DNA of 41,901 nucleotides from an uncultured bacterium (GTDB lineage Bacteria; Chlamydiota; Chlamydiia; Chlamydiales; SM23-39): NCBI GenBank assembly GCA_964618335.1, contig CAZTYI010000002.1, positions 1 to 41,901 of the forward strand, read 5' to 3'. Shown piece by piece: positions 40,422 to 41,901 of this stretch (position 1 is its first letter; each line of letters starts with the position of its first letter). The notes under the pieces were generated by a model. It saw only the letters and a program-made list of their open reading frames with translations, ran no database searches and was not told where the DNA came from. The position numbers and the translations under genes were made by a program.

Positions 40422-41901
40422 ATGGCAGCAATTCCAGCTACAGAAAATAAAAGGCCGTTGCCTTCAGTTATTTGGCAAGAAACCAAAAATGTAATTTATA
40501 AGGTTAACCGTGTGGTTATACCTATTTTTTCAAATTTATTATTTGCAACAGCTTTTATGCTTTTTATTGCCCTTCCCGCAATAAATCTAGCAACAGCTAG
40601 CGCTATAGCTTTAGCTGAATATAAAACTGCAGCAATTGTAGCAATTTTAAGCTCAGCAATCCTTACAGGCGTATTAGGCTCGAAAATTGCTCCTTGGAAA
40701 GACAAGTTTATGCGCTCTTTGTTTGAAATTATTGAGGGAGTTCAGGGGTTAGCGCCACAATCTGCTAAAGAACAGAAAAGACGAGAAAATAGTCATTTAT
40801 CCAGATTGGTTTGTGATTTAGAAGATTATGAGTTCCCTGATTATCCTTTGCAAATGATTCAAGGAGCTTTGGACATTGTCAATAGGAGATCATATATTCA
40901 CTATCGTAAAGAGGAAACTGGTGGTTTAGGCCTAGTCATTTTACATGAAGCAGAGATGCTGGGAGCTGTAAATCCATTACCTGAAAAACAGCAGAGAGAA
41001 GCACTAGAAGCCGCTTATATAAAATATGGTAGTCAGATTAAAAGAGTGTTTCTAAAAATAGAGAATTTAGATGATTTTTTGCCAATTTTGAAAAAATTTA
41101 AAAACCTAAATTTAGTTTTGGAAAATGCTCAATTAAATCAGGAGCAGATAAAAGCTCTATCTAAATTGGATTTAAACAGTTTAGAGCTTAAAAATTGCAC
41201 TTTTCAAGCTGCAGATCTAGATAAAATTAAAGAAAAAACACCTCTTTTTATCTCAGATGAAACAACGATTTCGGATAATTTAGATCAACTGCAAAGAGCT
41301 TTTGAAGATGAAATTGAGAGCTCAATTATAACGCCATCTGAAGGTGGAAATATAAGAACCTTAATTTCAACATTCATAGAAGATTTATCAACAAACCCAG
41401 ATACAAACTATTATCAGCTGGCTCGTTTTGGCATAAGATTAAATTTAGCGTCTTTTAAAAACCAAGAAGATAGCGAATTTTTTGTTCAAGAGTTTTTAAA
41501 ATACGGTTTTGTAATCAAAGAATTAGAAGCTCCCTTTCCTTTAACTTTGTCATTTTTTGAACCTCTTTTAGGCAAACAAATAGAAGTTCTTAAAATGGTA
41601 AATAACCTTGGTGATTTTTCTACGCTAAATCTTTATCTGCCTTATTTAACTGAGTTGCACTTGGATTTTGAAGGAGAGACTTCTGATACTTCAGCTCTTC
41701 TTCAACAATTATCTATTACCAGCATTGAAAAATTAGTTCTACGAAGAAAAATAGATTCAGTTTCTCAAACATACCTGAGCTTTGTTAGATCAAAAGATAA
41801 AGAAGAATATGGCTATCAAGTCAAACTCATAAAAGAGGGTGTTGATCAAACAAACCCATTAGCAGATTTATTAAAATTAGAGCAGCAAGTTACAAGGAGC
41901 A
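40422..41901 (+). CDS. partial (3'-open) Inc-like membrane protein with leucine-rich-repeat-like C-terminal region
   Basis: Not in the ORF track. It is an ATG ORF of at least 493 codons that stays open to the window end. Residues about 29-90 form a bilobed hydrophobic domain (IPIFSNLLFATAFMLFIALPAI / AIALAEYKTAAIVAILSSAILTGVLG). Later there are LxxLxL-type units (FKNLNLVLENAQL, LDLNSLELKNCTF, LPYLTELHLDF). Confidence 0.7.
   Translation, partial: MAAIPATENKRPLPSVIWQETKNVIYKVNRVVIPIFSNLLFATAFMLFIALPAINLATASAIALAEYKTAAIVAILSSAILTGVLGSKIAPWKDKFMRSLFEIIEGVQGLAPQSAKEQKRRENSHLSRLVCDLEDYEFPDYPLQMIQGALDIVNRRSYIHYRKEETGGLGLVILHEAEMLGAVNPLPEKQQREALEAAYIKYGSQIKRVFLKIENLDDFLPILKKFKNLNLVLENAQLNQEQIKALSKLDLNSLELKNCTFQAADLDKIKEKTPLFISDETTISDNLDQLQRAFEDEIESSIITPSEGGNIRTLISTFIEDLSTNPDTNYYQLARFGIRLNLASFKNQEDSEFFVQEFLKYGFVIKELEAPFPLTLSFFEPLLGKQIEVLKMVNNLGDFSTLNLYLPYLTELHLDFEGETSDTSALLQQLSITSIEKLVLRRKIDSVSQTYLSFVRSKDKEEYGYQVKLIKEGVDQTNPLADLLKLEQQVTRS

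Noticed and set aside
40496-40705. 69-aa minus-strand ORF from the track
   Set aside because: It is antisense to the hydrophobic domain of the long open ORF starting at 40422. A hydrophobic mirror-frame is expected there.
1-41901. Scan for CRISPR arrays, rRNA, intact tRNAs, integrases, toxin-antitoxin pairs and known defence-system signatures
   Set aside because: None was seen. There are no regularly spaced direct repeats, and the only tRNA-like sequence is the truncated Asn fragment. There is no recombinase or integrase ORF. The HD dNTPase is the only defence-associated family, and it sits in a metabolic context.

Overview
This is a 41.9-kb, AT-rich (about mid-30s % GC by eye), gene-dense stretch of bacterial chromosome.

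Likely source (inference only): a chlamydia-like obligate intracellular bacterium of the PVC superphylum, Parachlamydiaceae-type. The gene content pointing that way:
- an overlapping kdsB-pyrG pair
- a PPi-type phosphofructokinase
- a SET-domain protein
- a TLC/NTT-type nucleotide carrier homologue
- a PVC-type small basic protein
- an Inc-like protein with a bilobed hydrophobic domain
- Lys/Asn-rich inserts in housekeeping enzymes

I support about 45 CDS.
- 1.6-29.0 kb is almost all minus-strand housekeeping: rarA, CBS/CorC, ybeY, holC-like, two DUF502 genes, mpg, rnr, folD, a galE / sugar-transferase / ispA / ugd block, an SDR, lolD- and lolCE-like genes, rpmG, tsaD, ruvX, pyrG and kdsB.
- 29.2-41.9 kb is mostly plus strand: pfp, SET, rlmB-like, then a minus-strand GT2/deacetylase trio, then guaC-like, an HD dNTPase and an NTT-like carrier. 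It ends with three orphan effector-like ORFs; the last runs off the window and is missing from the ORF track.

The two ends look accessory.
- Left end: a truncated tRNA-Asn 3' fragment with its own terminator, scraps of an IS91-like transposase, and an orphan ORF.
- Right end: the orphan cluster.

Three small genes are missing from the track: rpmG, a 53-aa small basic protein, and a 36-codon polybasic micro-gene. The micro-gene has its own promoter, an AGGAGG ribosome-binding site and a terminator, and is the most unusual single item.

I saw no CRISPR array, rRNA, intact tRNA, intact transposase or integrase, or recognisable defence system. I cannot point to a convincingly complete novel multi-gene system; candidates are ranked in the findings. 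All family calls come from motif recognition by eye, and no searches were run.
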